From NCBI GenBank assembly GCA_012295275.1, contig CM022672.1, positions 27,094,001-27,158,000 of the forward strand: a DNA stretch of 64,000 nt. The letters are read 5' to 3'. The DNA comes from Chrysomallon squamiferum (Eukaryota > Animalia > Mollusca). Positions 29,376-44,200 of this stretch are shown in pieces (the stretch's first letter is position 1; the number at the start of each line of letters is the position of its first letter). A program made the translations under genes and the position numbers. Under the pieces are notes generated by a model that had not been told where the DNA came from, ran no database searches, and saw nothing but the letters and a program-made list of their open reading frames with translations.

Positions 29376-32320
29376 TAAATAAAGTAAATAAATCAAAAGA
29401 AAAAAAAAAAAAATCCATACATTATATTTTATATAATAAAGAAAAACAATTTCATTTTTATTTATTTATATATTTATTTATTTATTTATTAGATGATATA
29501 CAACAGGTAATTTTCCATTTTGGAAAAAAAAAAATCTTTTTTGAGCCATAGGAAAAGAAAGTAAAACTTTGAATTAAAAAAAAAAATCTAATTTATATTA
29601 GGTTTTTTTCTCCTTGCAACATATATTTTATAGTTTATACAGAGCTTGAAAGTAACTTTACATTTGCTGATATACCTTATCTCAGTCTTGTACAGAAACA
29701 ACACAGCTACTGTTCTCATGCTATCAAAGAAACAAAGATAAAGAAACTATCTACATATTTACATTAATCATGTTTTGTAACTGCTGTCAAAAGAGGTCAT
29801 TATGTATATACATTTTTTTCTTTAAAAAGCACATGTCTCTATCAATCTTGCGATGTTATTGTTGTCTAATAATTTTTAGATTAGATGCCAGTGATTAAGA
29901 TATTTGCATCAATCTTTCTGCTTTTTATGTTAAGTACATATTTTTTATTTTTCAAAAATAGAAACAATTAAGGTATAATACATATATATTAATAAGATAT
30001 TGTAACCATTTACTGTAACCATTCTATGTAGTGCTAATAAAATTAGAATTAATTTAAAATATGTCATTATACACATTTTTATCAGTAGTCAGTAATAATA
30101 TTTCAAAAATATACACACAATATATATAATATAACTTTTCTGTCATAACTATTTTTATTATTTATTATTATTATTATTATTAATATTTAATTTTTTTTTT
30201 TTTTTGGCATACCTGAATTTATAATTATATTATAATTATATATAAATGACTTTTTGGAAGTTTTGAAGTTTTATTAGAATATATATAAAATTTGTACTGC
30301 ATAAACTATAAGTATGTTCATATATTCAGTAAAATGATCGTTTTAATTTAATTGTTTATAAAGGGCTGCAAGTCAGAGAAAAGAAAAATTCAAAAATAAT
30401 TTAAAACAAGAATGAAAACAAAGGAGACAAAGAATGAAGAAGGCTAAAAACTGCACAAAGGAATGAAACAAAAACAGAAGAATGGAAAAAGAATAAATAA
30501 TGAATCGGTGATTGACCTTTTGGAAATTGACTAACTTAATCCCAAAAACATTATTGCAGAAATAAATGATATTATTAACAATTGCCGGCACCACCAGTAT
30601 TCACCCAGACTGGACAAAAGACAGCAACAGAGTGTAGCCCAGTTTCTTTTCTTTTCAATAGAAACTGGAACATCACCTAGGGTGGGGTTAACAACTACAT
30701 TGTGAGGAATACAACATGGAAAGGCTTCAGGTGACTCAGCCAGATACAACTCAAAATGAAAGGAATGTATATAGGACTTCTGAACAAACTTGTGCCAAAC
30801 TCAATGAACTGTTAGTTTAAGGGTAATTTCTGGGTACATTAGAAATGAAACCTGCTTTAAAATTTGAAACTGGAATCTGTTTAAGTGGCATTTGTAGAAT
30901 CCATTACAAAAAAGAACAGCATCAGTTTTATCAGTTCTGTGTTAAAATTTGATGTTAATCTGACAGTTTATGACCACAGTCAACAGTCAGTTGTAAATTT
31001 GTGTATCTAGTTTCTTTCATAAGGTTTTGGAGATATACACAATATCTCAATAAATAATAATAATAATAAAAATTAATGAGTTGTTTCAAAATTATTTCCT
31101 TGAATGTTTGTGAAATAGTATTTTATTTTTATTATTATTATTACTTTTTTTTCTTCATGTTTTTCAGTTTTAAGATCAAGGATCAAAACAAAACATTATT
31201 CCATATTTTCCAGCCTTAATATTTTTTTTTATAACAACAAAAGCATCAAAACAAACAGCACAACAAAAGATTAACTGTACATAGGGTAAATGTGCTAAAT
31301 TAATCTATAATAATCAATAATATTAAATGAAAGTATCTTTGGAAACATGGTATCAGCTGGTTAAAGTTAAAAGTATTGACTTGATAAACATCAAAGAAAT
31401 AAAATTAATTCTTTTTGCTGTTTATATCCTGGGTTAAACTACTATGATTTGCAATCAGTCTTTATTGTGTGAAAAACCAGTTTTTGTTCATTTCAAACTG
31501 ATTGTTGCTAAGCAGTGCAACAGTTGCTTGAGGTGTCATAGGCCAGAAGTTCAAAACAGCCTCAGGGTGTGGGTTTCCACCCAGTGTCCCAGGGGAACTG
31601 GGTGCTGAAGGCAAGAATGCTATGTACTTAAATCAAAACTAAATTTCACAAAGAAACAGATAATAATTTAAAATGAAATAAAATTACTGTATTAAAAAAA
31701 ATGATATTATTTCCTCAATTTATAGAAATTACTACTGGAAAAAAAAGTAAAATGTTTTAAATTTGGCACACTTTGTTGTGTGTTTGAAGATTTAACTGGC
31801 AGTAATCAAGAAAGATAATTTGAAGTATCACATGTCCTTCAGCCCAGGGGACAATAACAACAACAGCAGCTATTTCTCAGTGTGGTCTTAACAAAATCAA
31901 TTATACACTAGTACATAGAAACGAGCACAGTAGACTGTTAGTCTAGAGATTTTTGTTGAAGGGAATTGAAAACAAGGACAAAACCAGACTGGACAACATA
32001 GAAGATTTGTGTTTGTACAGAGATCATCAGATCACAGCTACAAATGACCCTGTTTGCAAATTGTTATACACAACAGAAAACAGTTGTTCTTAACCCAAAC
32101 TTTAACTTTTAGATAAACATACATATATACACCCACCCACTCATACACACACAGACACAAACAAACACACACACACACACACACACACACATTTACAGAT
32201 TATTATTAACTTATAATAAAAATATAGCCAGAGATCAAACAGTAGATATAAACACTGTTTTATTATTTTGTAATTTTCTTTCCATATTGATATGTGTATG
32301 TATATATGTATTTATATATG

Positions 32321-32352
<32 letters not shown>

Positions 32353-35014
32353 TGTATGTATGTGTGTATTTTTCTACAATAAGGGTATTATATTTTACAC
32401 ATTTATTACACATGATTACACATCATGTAGCTTAATTATAACTTAACTTGGAATGTCTTTCAGAGAATTTTATCATTTTTGCTTAACATCACTCAACATT
32501 TTTCACTGCCTGATTAATGAGCCATCAATTTTTCATCAAACTAATATATTATTCTAACTCATTTATTATTTATTTTGGTGACATGCCAGTTCTGTACAAA
32601 CTCTGACACACTAACTCATAGATGTTTATTATGTATTTCATTACAGGCTGATTCATGTAAAAGCTTCTGTTTTTTGTTTTAGTACACCCTTAATAACAGT
32701 GTTATAAGAAACAAAAAACTTTATTGTTTCAATAATAAAAATCATAATAATTAAACTGTTTTTTTTCCACAAAACACCACAATAGCATATAGATTATCCA
32801 TCTATCAGATATTAAGAATTATGACACACTGAGTATTATCCTTTTTGACTGAAACGTTTTCTTTAAAATTAAGAGATTTTATATATACATTTTCAAAAAG
32901 GCAAAGTAGATGGTATACCATACTTGTAACAGGACATGAAATATTCCATGAATCACTTAATAGGGCCTATCCATGATTAACATTTTACCACAATACTGTA
33001 GACGCACACATCCATATCTTGTGCACACCAACATTAAAAACAACAAAATCATAACCAACATCATACCCACATGAGCACACACACAATCACGCACATTACA
33101 TATGTAAATATAGATATACATATGTGCCTATATGTACAAACATGAGCATACATATCCAAAAATAACAACTAAAGAAAAGATAAAAATATCTGAAGCCTTC
33201 TTGGCTAATTGTGCTTTCATTTAAACAAACAGAAAGAATGTATTGTTCTGAGTTTAGATCATTCAAAATAGTGACTGTCATTTTTCAAATTGTATTCTTC
33301 GCTGGGTAAATATGTCAGAACATTTCAATGCGATGAATCTGACTTAACAGGAAATGTTTGCATGTTTGATTAGAAGGAAGAATAACACAATTAGAGGTTC
33401 AGAGTCTAAAATAAGAATATTTAAATGATTAAAGTTGTAATCAAGCTAAATTAAAGCATCAAAAATTTCCCATCAATATCATGTAACATTCCAAGATGTG
33501 TTTAAGTTTAGTAATTATGAAATATAACATTTACAGTTTAATTTATTAAATAATTACCATTAAAATAAAATAAAATAATAATAAATAACTTAATAAGGCC
33601 CACCATAGGGTACATTTGATTTTCATGTAAGATGTTAAATAATAATACACAGAGGTAAAAAAAAAAAGAAAGAAGAAAACAAAAAGAACACTCACATACA
33701 CATATAAATAAATAATTATATAATTGCAATATTAAATTATAATTTTGATATCAGCAACGAAAAAAAAAATATATATATATAAATATAAATTTTGAAATCT
33801 TTAAATTTGTGAACGTTTTCTTCATCAAAATACACAAATAGTTAAACCTATTTTCATTTTCTTTATAGTTTGGTTCTTTCCCCAATGTGTAAATTATTGT
33901 TTCATATAATCTCTAATCTGAATATTATTGCTGATATTTAAATAATTAAAGATCAGTTTTAACTAATGGAATTAGTACAGGCTGGCATAATTAATATTCC
34001 AATGGTGACTGCTTTCATCAAGTGGTTACAGGTGTTTTTTGTGTTTGATATGAATCATCCCCATGTTTTGTTTGTTTGTCACAGGTGTGGCTGTAACAGT
34101 ATGTGTGTATTCTGTAGGACATGCAGTTAAACTCAGTTCTTGGATGTGACATAAACAAGACTTTCGTGATATTGTGCAATTAAAAGGGAACACAAGTAGG
34201 TGTAAGTGACGGAGGAATGAATTTCCTGGATTTACATCCTATTGTTGTTGTTGTGTTAGAATTGTTTTTTTCTGTGTTTTAAATTTTTAAATTTTATTTT
34301 AAATTATTTATTTTGTTTGTTTGCTTATGTTTTTGTTTGTTTGTTTATTTATTTATTTATTTATTTATTTCTATCTTGTTGTTCCTTTTTGTTTTCTTTT
34401 CTTTTTTTAAAAATAATATTCAGAAGCACATACACATCAGCAACATGTAAAACTAAGCATATGACTTAAGAAAAAGTATCCTTAACTTCAGAATAACAAG
34501 TTCAGAATGAAATGTGAGCATTCAACAATTAAACTGCCCAGTAACATAAGCACATCACATGAGTTTAAGTATTCTGTTAGTCAACAAAACATGAGACAAA
34601 ACTTAAATGATAATCACGTACAAGATCTGTATACTCTGTACAATTAAATAAACAAAAACACACGACAAGACACCTACTGCATTGTCTTTGTAATCTTTAT
34701 AACCTTCTCTTAAGTAAACTTTCTCCTGCTGTTTTCATATATCACTGGTATATTTTAATTTTTAAGTCTAAAAATATAATTTCATGAATCCAAAAGATTT
34801 AACATATCATTTTAAGTTGGATTATAAATAAACAAATAAGTAAATGAGGATATTTTGCTTAAAAAATAACAATGCCCTGTGATTCTTTATTATGCATAAG
34901 TTTTAGAGCAATATTTATAACCACATATATGTACAACAGAAAAAGGAAAAATAAATCATAAAACAAAATAACAAAGACTGTGTGGTTGAAAAAGAAGAAT
35001 AAGTCAGTAATGGT

Positions 35015-35053
<39 letters not shown>

Positions 35054-35083
35054 AATAAATAAATAAATAAGTACATAAGTAAC

Positions 35084-35139
<56 letters not shown>

Positions 35140-36840
35140 TAAATAAATAAATAAACTAACAAAACAAAACAAAACAAGACTCAACCCAACTCAAAATATT
35201 CAAAACCAAAGACCAATATCCACTGATAATGATGAACTGCTTTACTCAATCAGTCTAACTGCTCATTGAGTCAATGAGTTCAGACTCTTAACAACTGAGA
35301 TATCTGATGGAATATTCATGAGCTCAGGGACTTTAACAATTACAATTATTTGGCCAAGCTGCTGTGACTGTTCCAAAGACTTAACTATTCTGAAACAGAT
35401 GTGCAAAAACACAAAGAGAAAAATATTAAAATATCTCTAGGAATTAATTCTGCTACTTTCTTTCATTTTCAAATGAAAATTAATGCTAATCTGACATGTT
35501 GGCATGAATTTCTCAAAATAATGAAAATGATGATTAAAAAAGTATTTTTCTTTTTTTTTTAATAAAATACTTTAAATACTTATATCTGTTATTGGTTAAT
35601 AACATGCATTTGTTTTAGGATCATTAAAAGTGTTTCCTGTGAGAGTTTATTTAATCAGAAGATATAAAATGCGTCTCTCTAGTATCTGAATTTGACAGTT
35701 CTTAGTTCAGATTAATACTCAGAGATTAAAAAACACACCCCAAAACCCCACAAAAAACAAAGAAAAACTAAGAGTAAAACAATGAATAGAGTGTAGTAAC
35801 AACATTACTTCCCACATTGTCAGTTTGGCATTTATAAGTTTCTATTAATAAAATAACAACTCAACCATTGATTAGGAGCTTGTTGTACCTAATTTGTGAC
35901 ATAAAACACATACAATCTGAATACTTGAAAATATAATAAATTGGCCAGCTTATTTGTTCAGGTAGTAAAACATTACCTGGCAACATAATGTTCCCAGCAA
36001 AACAGAAACATTTTGCCTGCCTAATTGTTTTTGTGAAATAATTATATCAACTAACTCAAATTTGGATAACAATTTATTACACTTTGGTTCTGGTAACATA
36101 AGAGACTCTTAGTGACTGTATCTGTGGTTCTAGTACAGCAGTTTGTTCTGTATCAACATACCAACAGAGGTATTTCAATCAGTTCTCAATAGTGTCAAAT
36201 TCTTTGAATGTGTGTTTGTTTTGGGTCAATATCTTGCATCACATGTTGATTCTGAAGGGTGGGAAAAAACAAGCACCCAATCTGTGGAGAAAGTATTGAT
36301 CACCTTGTCTGTAAACAACAGCTCAAGATCAAACAGAGGCTTTGCTTAGCTGCAGCTTCAAAAAAAGTTTTCTCCAGAGTCCTTAGAGAAGAGAGTTAAT
36401 TAGCTTTTACAACAAAGTGCAATGATTTATGATATTCCCTCTGTTGTGACCTACCAGCTATACGAGTAAGCAAGACCATGATTATATGCAGCAAATATTA
36501 TTAGAACATCAGTGCAATTCACATCCATGCTCTCCTACATTCATCCATAATCAGTATGAAGATAATGAGCTTTTAACAGTATTTTTTATTTTTTATAATT
36601 TCTTCTGAAATGTGTTGTATTTCTTCTGTTGATTCTGTCATAAATGACAAGTGTGCCAAACCCAATAATTAGAATACACATTCCAGCTATTTATATCCAT
36701 TAGTCTGTTAACATGTGGTTAACTCAGTATATTTTATGCAATCTGTGAAATGAACATGACAAATGACTTCATTAGAGGCTACAAGTATTTTAATGACAAT
36801 CAAGATAGCTTCACAGGTTGTGTGTGAATGTGTGTGTGTG

Positions 36841-36882
<42 letters not shown>

Positions 36883-38201
36883 ATTATTTTTTTGTAAATA
36901 GTAAAGAAAATTAATGCTTTTGAATTTTTGCTTATGGCCCCAAAGACTCCTAAATTCAGAAAAAAAAATTAATTTGAGATAATAATTAACAAACAAAAAC
37001 AGAAGACAAAGGAAAAGAAATAAAGACAATTGAATTATCCAATTACTATCAGAAACCAATTGAAACATTTTAAATTTTTAGTAGAAACATGTATATAAAT
37101 ATCATACAGAACACAGAGATGTATTATCTGAAGGTCTGCTTCAGGTTACTCTGGCTTTACAACTTTTATTGAGTTTTCTTTGATTTTTTTCATGATCAGT
37201 GAATACAGGCAGAGTTTTAATTCATCCCCACTTTTATTGAGCTTTCTTTGATATTTTTTTTTGGTCACTGTTTAATGGCTTAGTTTAAATCATAATTCTC
37301 TTTGATATTTTTCTTGGTCGATAAATACTGATCCAGATATATTATTACTGACTTGTGTCACTGTTGAATAAACTATTGATATTAAGTTTGCAAATTTCAC
37401 AGTTCTTTCTTTGAACAAAATGAAAGTAATTTATATTGTTTTCTAATTTTGTTACTTTTTTTTTCTTTTTGATCATCGTCTCATCTAATTTATTTATTAT
37501 TAATTCTCATACTAATAAAATAAAATATATTACCAAAGAAGTAAATATCTAATTACAATATGGATGAATGAAATAAAGTAGAACTAGCTATTAAAAATTA
37601 TCAAATCTTGTGTTAAAGTCTTACGCAACCACAAATTTAATAGAAACATGCATATAAATATTATACTGGATATAGAGAGGTGAATGATCTCGATATAAGT
37701 GATCTGCCTGGGGTCAGTCTGGCTTGGTGTGAATCATTAAATCTTTTGTACCCTACTCTTTGGTAGGTTTCTTGGTTAATGAATACAGTTAAGTCTTTTC
37801 TACATCACAACGTTTGTTGACTATCAACAACTGTCAGTCTGAGGTCAATTTGTCATCAATCATATACACATACGTAGATATGTGTTTTTTTGTGTGTGTG
37901 TTTGTGTGTATGTAATTTATATATCTGCGTCTGTATGTCTCTCTGTGTGTTTGTGTGAAACATTGTTGTGTGAATAATTCAAGTAAACCAGTTTTTTTTC
38001 ATCCTAAGGCAACATATTGTTCATGCTCTGTTTCACATATCAGAGGAGCAAATATATAAAATAATGGAGTAATCGTTATCAAGTGTGATGTAAAATGTCT
38101 ACGTCTGGTGAGAATGAATTATCATTTGTAATGTTATATATCCAAAGACTTTGAATGAGGAATGGAAATAAAAATGATGAATTTAAAACAAATATGTAAA
38201 C

Positions 38202-38232
<31 letters not shown>

Positions 38233-41200
38233 TGTATGTATGTATGTATATATACATGCATATGTATCTATGGCTGTGTGTCCCTGCACAATTTTTGGAT
38301 TTCAGCAAACATAAACATTCCCAGAAAACCTGCTTCTCTGTTTCAACCTCAAAAGGTTATTATTACCATGCACAATATATATCATTGTGTAAAAGCAGTA
38401 AAGCAAGTTTTCCATGATATACATAATTATATATGTATGTAAAGATTTAAGTTTGCAGCTGTATGCATATAAAGATATATTTATCTATATGTATAAATAC
38501 ATCATGTCTCAAGATTGTGAATGTTACTGGTTAAGCAACTGCTGAAAGACAAACATTACAGTGACTGAACATTATTCATGCATGTCCAGGTAATTAATTA
38601 ATTTGAAAAAAAGAAAGAAAAAAAGAAAGAAAGAAGGAAAAAAAGAAAGAACAAAGGAAAAAAAAGAAAGATACCCCCACCTCCCATGCTCACATATTAC
38701 AATGACCTTTGATCTTTCTGCTTCTTGACAGTGACATGTAATGTCTGACCTCTTTAGCTCAAGTACTTAGTAGTGGTTAACCTGTAACTTCTTAAGTTAA
38801 GCTGTCAAGTGACATCTTCAGATGTATCTCTGATTTCTTTTACATTGCTTATTATATAAGCCTATTAATACAGTTAAATACCATGAAACAGCCGAGAAAG
38901 TGAGAATGGAACACACCAGAGGAAAAAAAAAGAGTCATGTAAAAATGTATTAACAAATTAATATATATTAAAGTGTTTGTTTAATGATACATACATATAG
39001 CCCAAATACATCTGTATAATATTGAATTATGGCTGTAATAATAAAGATTAAAATATTACAAGAAGTTAGTGTGGATTCCTAAAAATTTACTTTTTCTGAC
39101 ATTTTTTTTTTTTTTTTTTTTATGATTAAATCATGGCTGCAGCTTTATTTACATTATTTACATATTAAATAATTCACAACTATATACATGTATACTCATG
39201 TGATTTATATTTGTTCATTTGTAATTTAAAATTATTATTAAATGTGTCCTGGGAAAATATCTATGACAGCCTATCACAAAAAGTGAAATAAAACATCCAA
39301 CTAAATCAGTTAAATTTTATAACAGCAGCTATTTTGGTTTTATAGCAGTTTTATATGCAGATATTCATAATCACTATAAAATATAAATTATACATATATG
39401 AGTAACAAAAAAACTCAGCATAAACTGGAACTTCTGTCTAAAAATGACAGCAGTTAAATGAATATTTCAACAGTTTAAAAAGAAAAAAGAAATAATAATA
39501 ATAAAATTAAACAATAAATTAAAACAATAATAAAACAAACAAAATATATTGAATATTAAAAAAATAACAATAACCATCCAGAAAAACAGTAACAACAACA
39601 CAACACCAACAACGACAGACTCAAAAAGCTCTATTCTTTATCAGATAGTATGAAGGTATTTGTTATATGCACTTTCCCACAAAATGTAAAATGTACATCA
39701 CACTCTTTGATATATTAATTACAGAGCACTTGCTAGAATGGGGAAAACCATAATCGTGAATCAAGAAAAAATGATCCTACAACACACTGCTTTTCAAACC
39801 TACATTTCAAAACTGAGATAGAGCGAGTCAACTATGAATTTATCTAATCTTGTGACAGTAACAAACTCTAACAAAGCTGTAAGTAATTTAAGTCAGAGAT
39901 GCATGACTGTGACAAAAAGCATCTCCACTGAAATCTTTTTACTGGTGAAAACAGGTTGATAAGATTCAATCAAGTTGAAATGAAAGGTGGATGTTGAGGC
40001 TCCTTCTAAATGGAAGCTGTCAGTTATTTAATGATACCAGATGTATGGAGAAAAGTGAAGGTCAAAAAAGTCAGTAAATAAATAAAATAATGAATAATAA
40101 TAATATTAGCAAAAATGAAGAAAAACAGATAAACCAGATGTACAGAATGACTAATAAATAGATAAAAATACAGACTGACAGATAAATAAAGGTATAGACA
40201 GATAGATAGACTGATTGATAGATATAAATAAATTGTAACAATAAAAATATATGTGAGACAGACAATCAGGCAGGCAGAAACACTGTCAGGAAAGAACTAT
40301 GATTAAGTGTCACGTGTGTTAAATTAAACTAAAATGCTTCATCATGTTTATGAAAAGGTATCAGTTGTCAATACATTATTCTCAGATCATGCAGACAGAT
40401 ATACAAAAATACTTGTCCTGTCTTTACAACATAACTGTATCCTGAGTTAACAAAAATAGCATTGTGACCTCACTGTTTTTAACATTCATAAAAGAAATAA
40501 ATTTAACTTCAGCAGGTGATAGACAGGAAGCCATAAAATATATAAGCTTATTACACACTTCCCTTTTTTTTATTAAGTTTTTTTTGGTTTAATGCTAATG
40601 AGTACATTATAATTATTCTCTCAAAAGGTAATATTTTGTTTGCGAACATTTTATAAGTGAATTTTAATATGCAATTTAATTCTGTTAAAAACATGGATTG
40701 CAATATTATGCAATACATTTTATAAGTGTAATGATATCTGAAACTTGTATAACTGAACAGAGTGTTCCCTGATAAATTATTAAACACTGAAATTTAAATT
40801 CTTCATAATTGTGTTATCATTTATTACAGGAGTGCCTAGTTGCATAGTAGGTTATACTGAGTTACCCACCTAGTCACCTTACATTCCTTCTTTTATTCCA
40901 GTAACAGGTATATCACACAACATTTGAGAAAATGCATATAAATGATTCCTTATTGCTGATTAAGAAGTAGCTTATGATATGTTTTTTCTTACATTTTATT
41001 CACAAAATGCTATGATTAATAAAAGATAAGAACTTAATATGAAACCTCATCATCAACTGTGAAAATGAAACAATTTGTTAATTTATTCCTTTCTTTCACA
41101 TTTCACATTTAACATCCAGAAATTTAAGCTGCTTTATGATTATTATTATTTCAATAAATTGGCTTTAAGTGCATTCCTTTCATTGTATTCCCTAATCCAA

Positions 41201-44200
41201 CTTTTATAACGACACAATTCATTTATTTTTTTAGTAGGAAAGGTGTGACACTGATTACATCACATAATTTAATTCTTTCTTTATGATGTCACAAAACTTG
41301 GTAGAGATACTTCCTAGTTACACCTTAAACAACCTACATGTATGAAATGTTGCAACATCCTAGATACTCCTTTTAATAAAATACTCTCTGCTACTTAACT
41401 AACAGTAGCAGCAGAGGTGTGGACACTAGTTACATCACACAAATGAATATGTTATAATGGCATCTCAAAACTGGGAAGATAGTCATTTCCTAGTTACATC
41501 TTCCATACATAAGAAGTGTTGCTGTTCACACTGGTTACAATTCAAGTGTTTAAATGACATTTCAGTGAATTTTGGTGGAGGACAAATCAATAGTTACGCA
41601 GATATTCTAAACCATATATTACATATGGATTACTGTCTCTCTGTCTTTGTTTAACTCTCTGTCTCTCTCTCTCACACATACACAGACACACACACAGACA
41701 CACTTTTTCTAAACCATAAACTACAAATGGATTACTCTCACACTGACACACACACACACATTTTATGTTTAAAATTAATATATAAAAAAATGAAATACTG
41801 TTATAACATTTAAAATATTTAGATTAAATTTCTAAGTTATAAATGCAGTCAGTTCCTGTAATAATATATAGTACTTAATATAATATTTAATTTTTTTTGT
41901 ATAAAATATGATCTGCACACAATTCAGAACACTCCACACTATAGAGTGCTTTCTGTTAAAAAAATGTATGACCAAGATATAATGGTTGATTTTGATCTAG
42001 ACAGAAAAAAAGAAAAAAAGAAAAAAGGAAAGATCAATTGGATATCTAGCTACTTGTGATTTTATGAGTCAAACATCCCTTCAAGCAATATAAGTACTTT
42101 TTATTTCTTACTGACTATTTGTGAAACATAAATACATACATTCATAATTTTTTGATAGTACAGAAATTTATAAAGAAGAAATTTTAGATCAAGATAATAT
42201 TTATTTTTGTGATACTATGAGACAAAATTATGTATTGATAATAACTGTTGTGCTTACTGCAGTTTAAAAAAACAGAATAAATAAATAAATAAATAAGTAA
42301 ATAAATAATAAACAAATACTAGTGAATAAAGTTTGTCCTCAAAAAAAAACAAAAAAACAAAAAGCAATAACAAACTAAAAAAACCCAACAAAAACAAACA
42401 AACAAACAAAAAAACCCAAAACAAACCAAACAACAATAAAGTAATCAGTATTTAAATATTCCACTGGTCACATGCATGTGTTGTACAGCTTACACCCCAC
42501 AGTACACAGTAGGCTAAAGTTTATTTGTTTATGCAGTCTATTTGTTAAAGTCCTGGTTTTTTTCATAACATACAACGCACAATAGAACTGGATTTACACT
42601 TTAACCAAAACATAACTAAAGCTAACATTATCGATATGTGGAGTGAAAGGCTGGAATGAAATTCCTCTGTATTTACAGCTAACACATGCTGAAAGCTTTG
42701 TCTAGTGGTTTCCTAAGATCGATATCAGGTTGGGTGTAAACCCATTATTTATTGAGAAAGAATGCATAAATATTTAATTCATAAACTGTCCTGGAAGAGA
42801 AGATATTAGAGAGAAAAAAATATGTGGATGAATGTATTGCAAATTGCTTGTAAAAATCTGCGTGTAATACTTCTCACTGCTAAATTTCTTCCAATATAAT
42901 TAATAAATTATCTGTCAAGGATGATAAATGTCATGCAAGAAAGTTATGAAATAAATTTTACTTTCAATATTTCCATTTATATGATTCAGCTTCTTTTTTT
43001 TTTTGAATATTTTCTGAAGAGTTAAACAAGTAAGGAAAAGGACTTATGTTACAGGTAAATTTACAACTCACATATACCTGTATCTTAGACTGACTATTTG
43101 ATTATCATGGGGGCTATTTCCCAGTCTAGCCATGTCATGCTATGGCTGTATTGGAGAATAAACTTCTAACATAATACCACCATTAAACAAATAGTTAACT
43201 GAAAACAAAATAGTGTTTGACAACTCCAAATTAGTAGCACATTTTTGTCTCTGGTGTATGGTGTTCTAAGTAAGGTATATATTTAAAAAAAAAAAAAGTC
43301 TGTGTGTGAGTGTTTGTTTGTGTGTGTGGTGCTTGTTGACATTTATATTTAATATAAAAAATTTACACATTTGTCAATGTTTGCTTTAATTCTGTTTAAA
43401 ATATATATGCATAGATTAACATACTTTATTTATTTAATTATGTATTTATTTATTTATTTTTACTCCTTTTCAAATTTTTGTTTAGTTTAATGGCAAAAAA
43501 GTTTTGATAACTCTTGGAAATGGAAGACAATACATGGCTGTTTTACTTTCCCTTCAGTTCTACTACTGTCAAGTCATTGTATATATTATCATACATAATA
43601 AAGATTTTATTCTACAGTAATTCTTGAAATGACAGCAGTACTTAACTGATCATTCAGAGATATAACCGGGTCATGGTACAAGTGACATGAAACTGCCCAA
43701 ATTAAAATGTGTGCTCCAGCTTACACTAAACAAACTCTACTTCATTCTTTCTCTTATTTACTTTATGGTGAATTTCACTAATGTATATTAGTATTTGGAT
43801 CTTTAAGTATGATGTACCGGTATGTTCATTGGTATAGGTTTATATCTAGGTTATTTTACTGTCAAATATTGCAAAAGGAATGTGATATTAACTGGCTAGC
43901 AACCAGTCATACTCAGCAGGTGGGAGGGGCTGAACTCTTCATATGCGCCGACACTTGTTTTAAGGTTTATGTACAACTCATTTTCATATAAAATGAGAAA
44001 TACCAAATCTTAAAAGTGTCTTGGGTAAGATATTTACATAAAAATCAAACATGTAAGCTATTAAATTATGTATTTAAATGCAGAAATAAATACTGCGGAT
44101 ATTTCATATGTGTGTTTGTTTAATTCTGAATACTGCTTACTTAAGTAAAATCACTGAATGTACGTTTGATGACTTCAAAGAAAATGGAAAAATGGGAAAG

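Noticed and set aside
34476-34491. GTATCCTTAACTTCAG: overlapping U12 donor and branch-site consensus on the + strand
   Set aside because: It is antisense to the host intron, with no flanking exons or partner site; treated as chance
35084-35137. Array of GTAAGT perfect donor motifs
   Set aside because: It is a (TAAG)n microsatellite on the strand opposite the host gene
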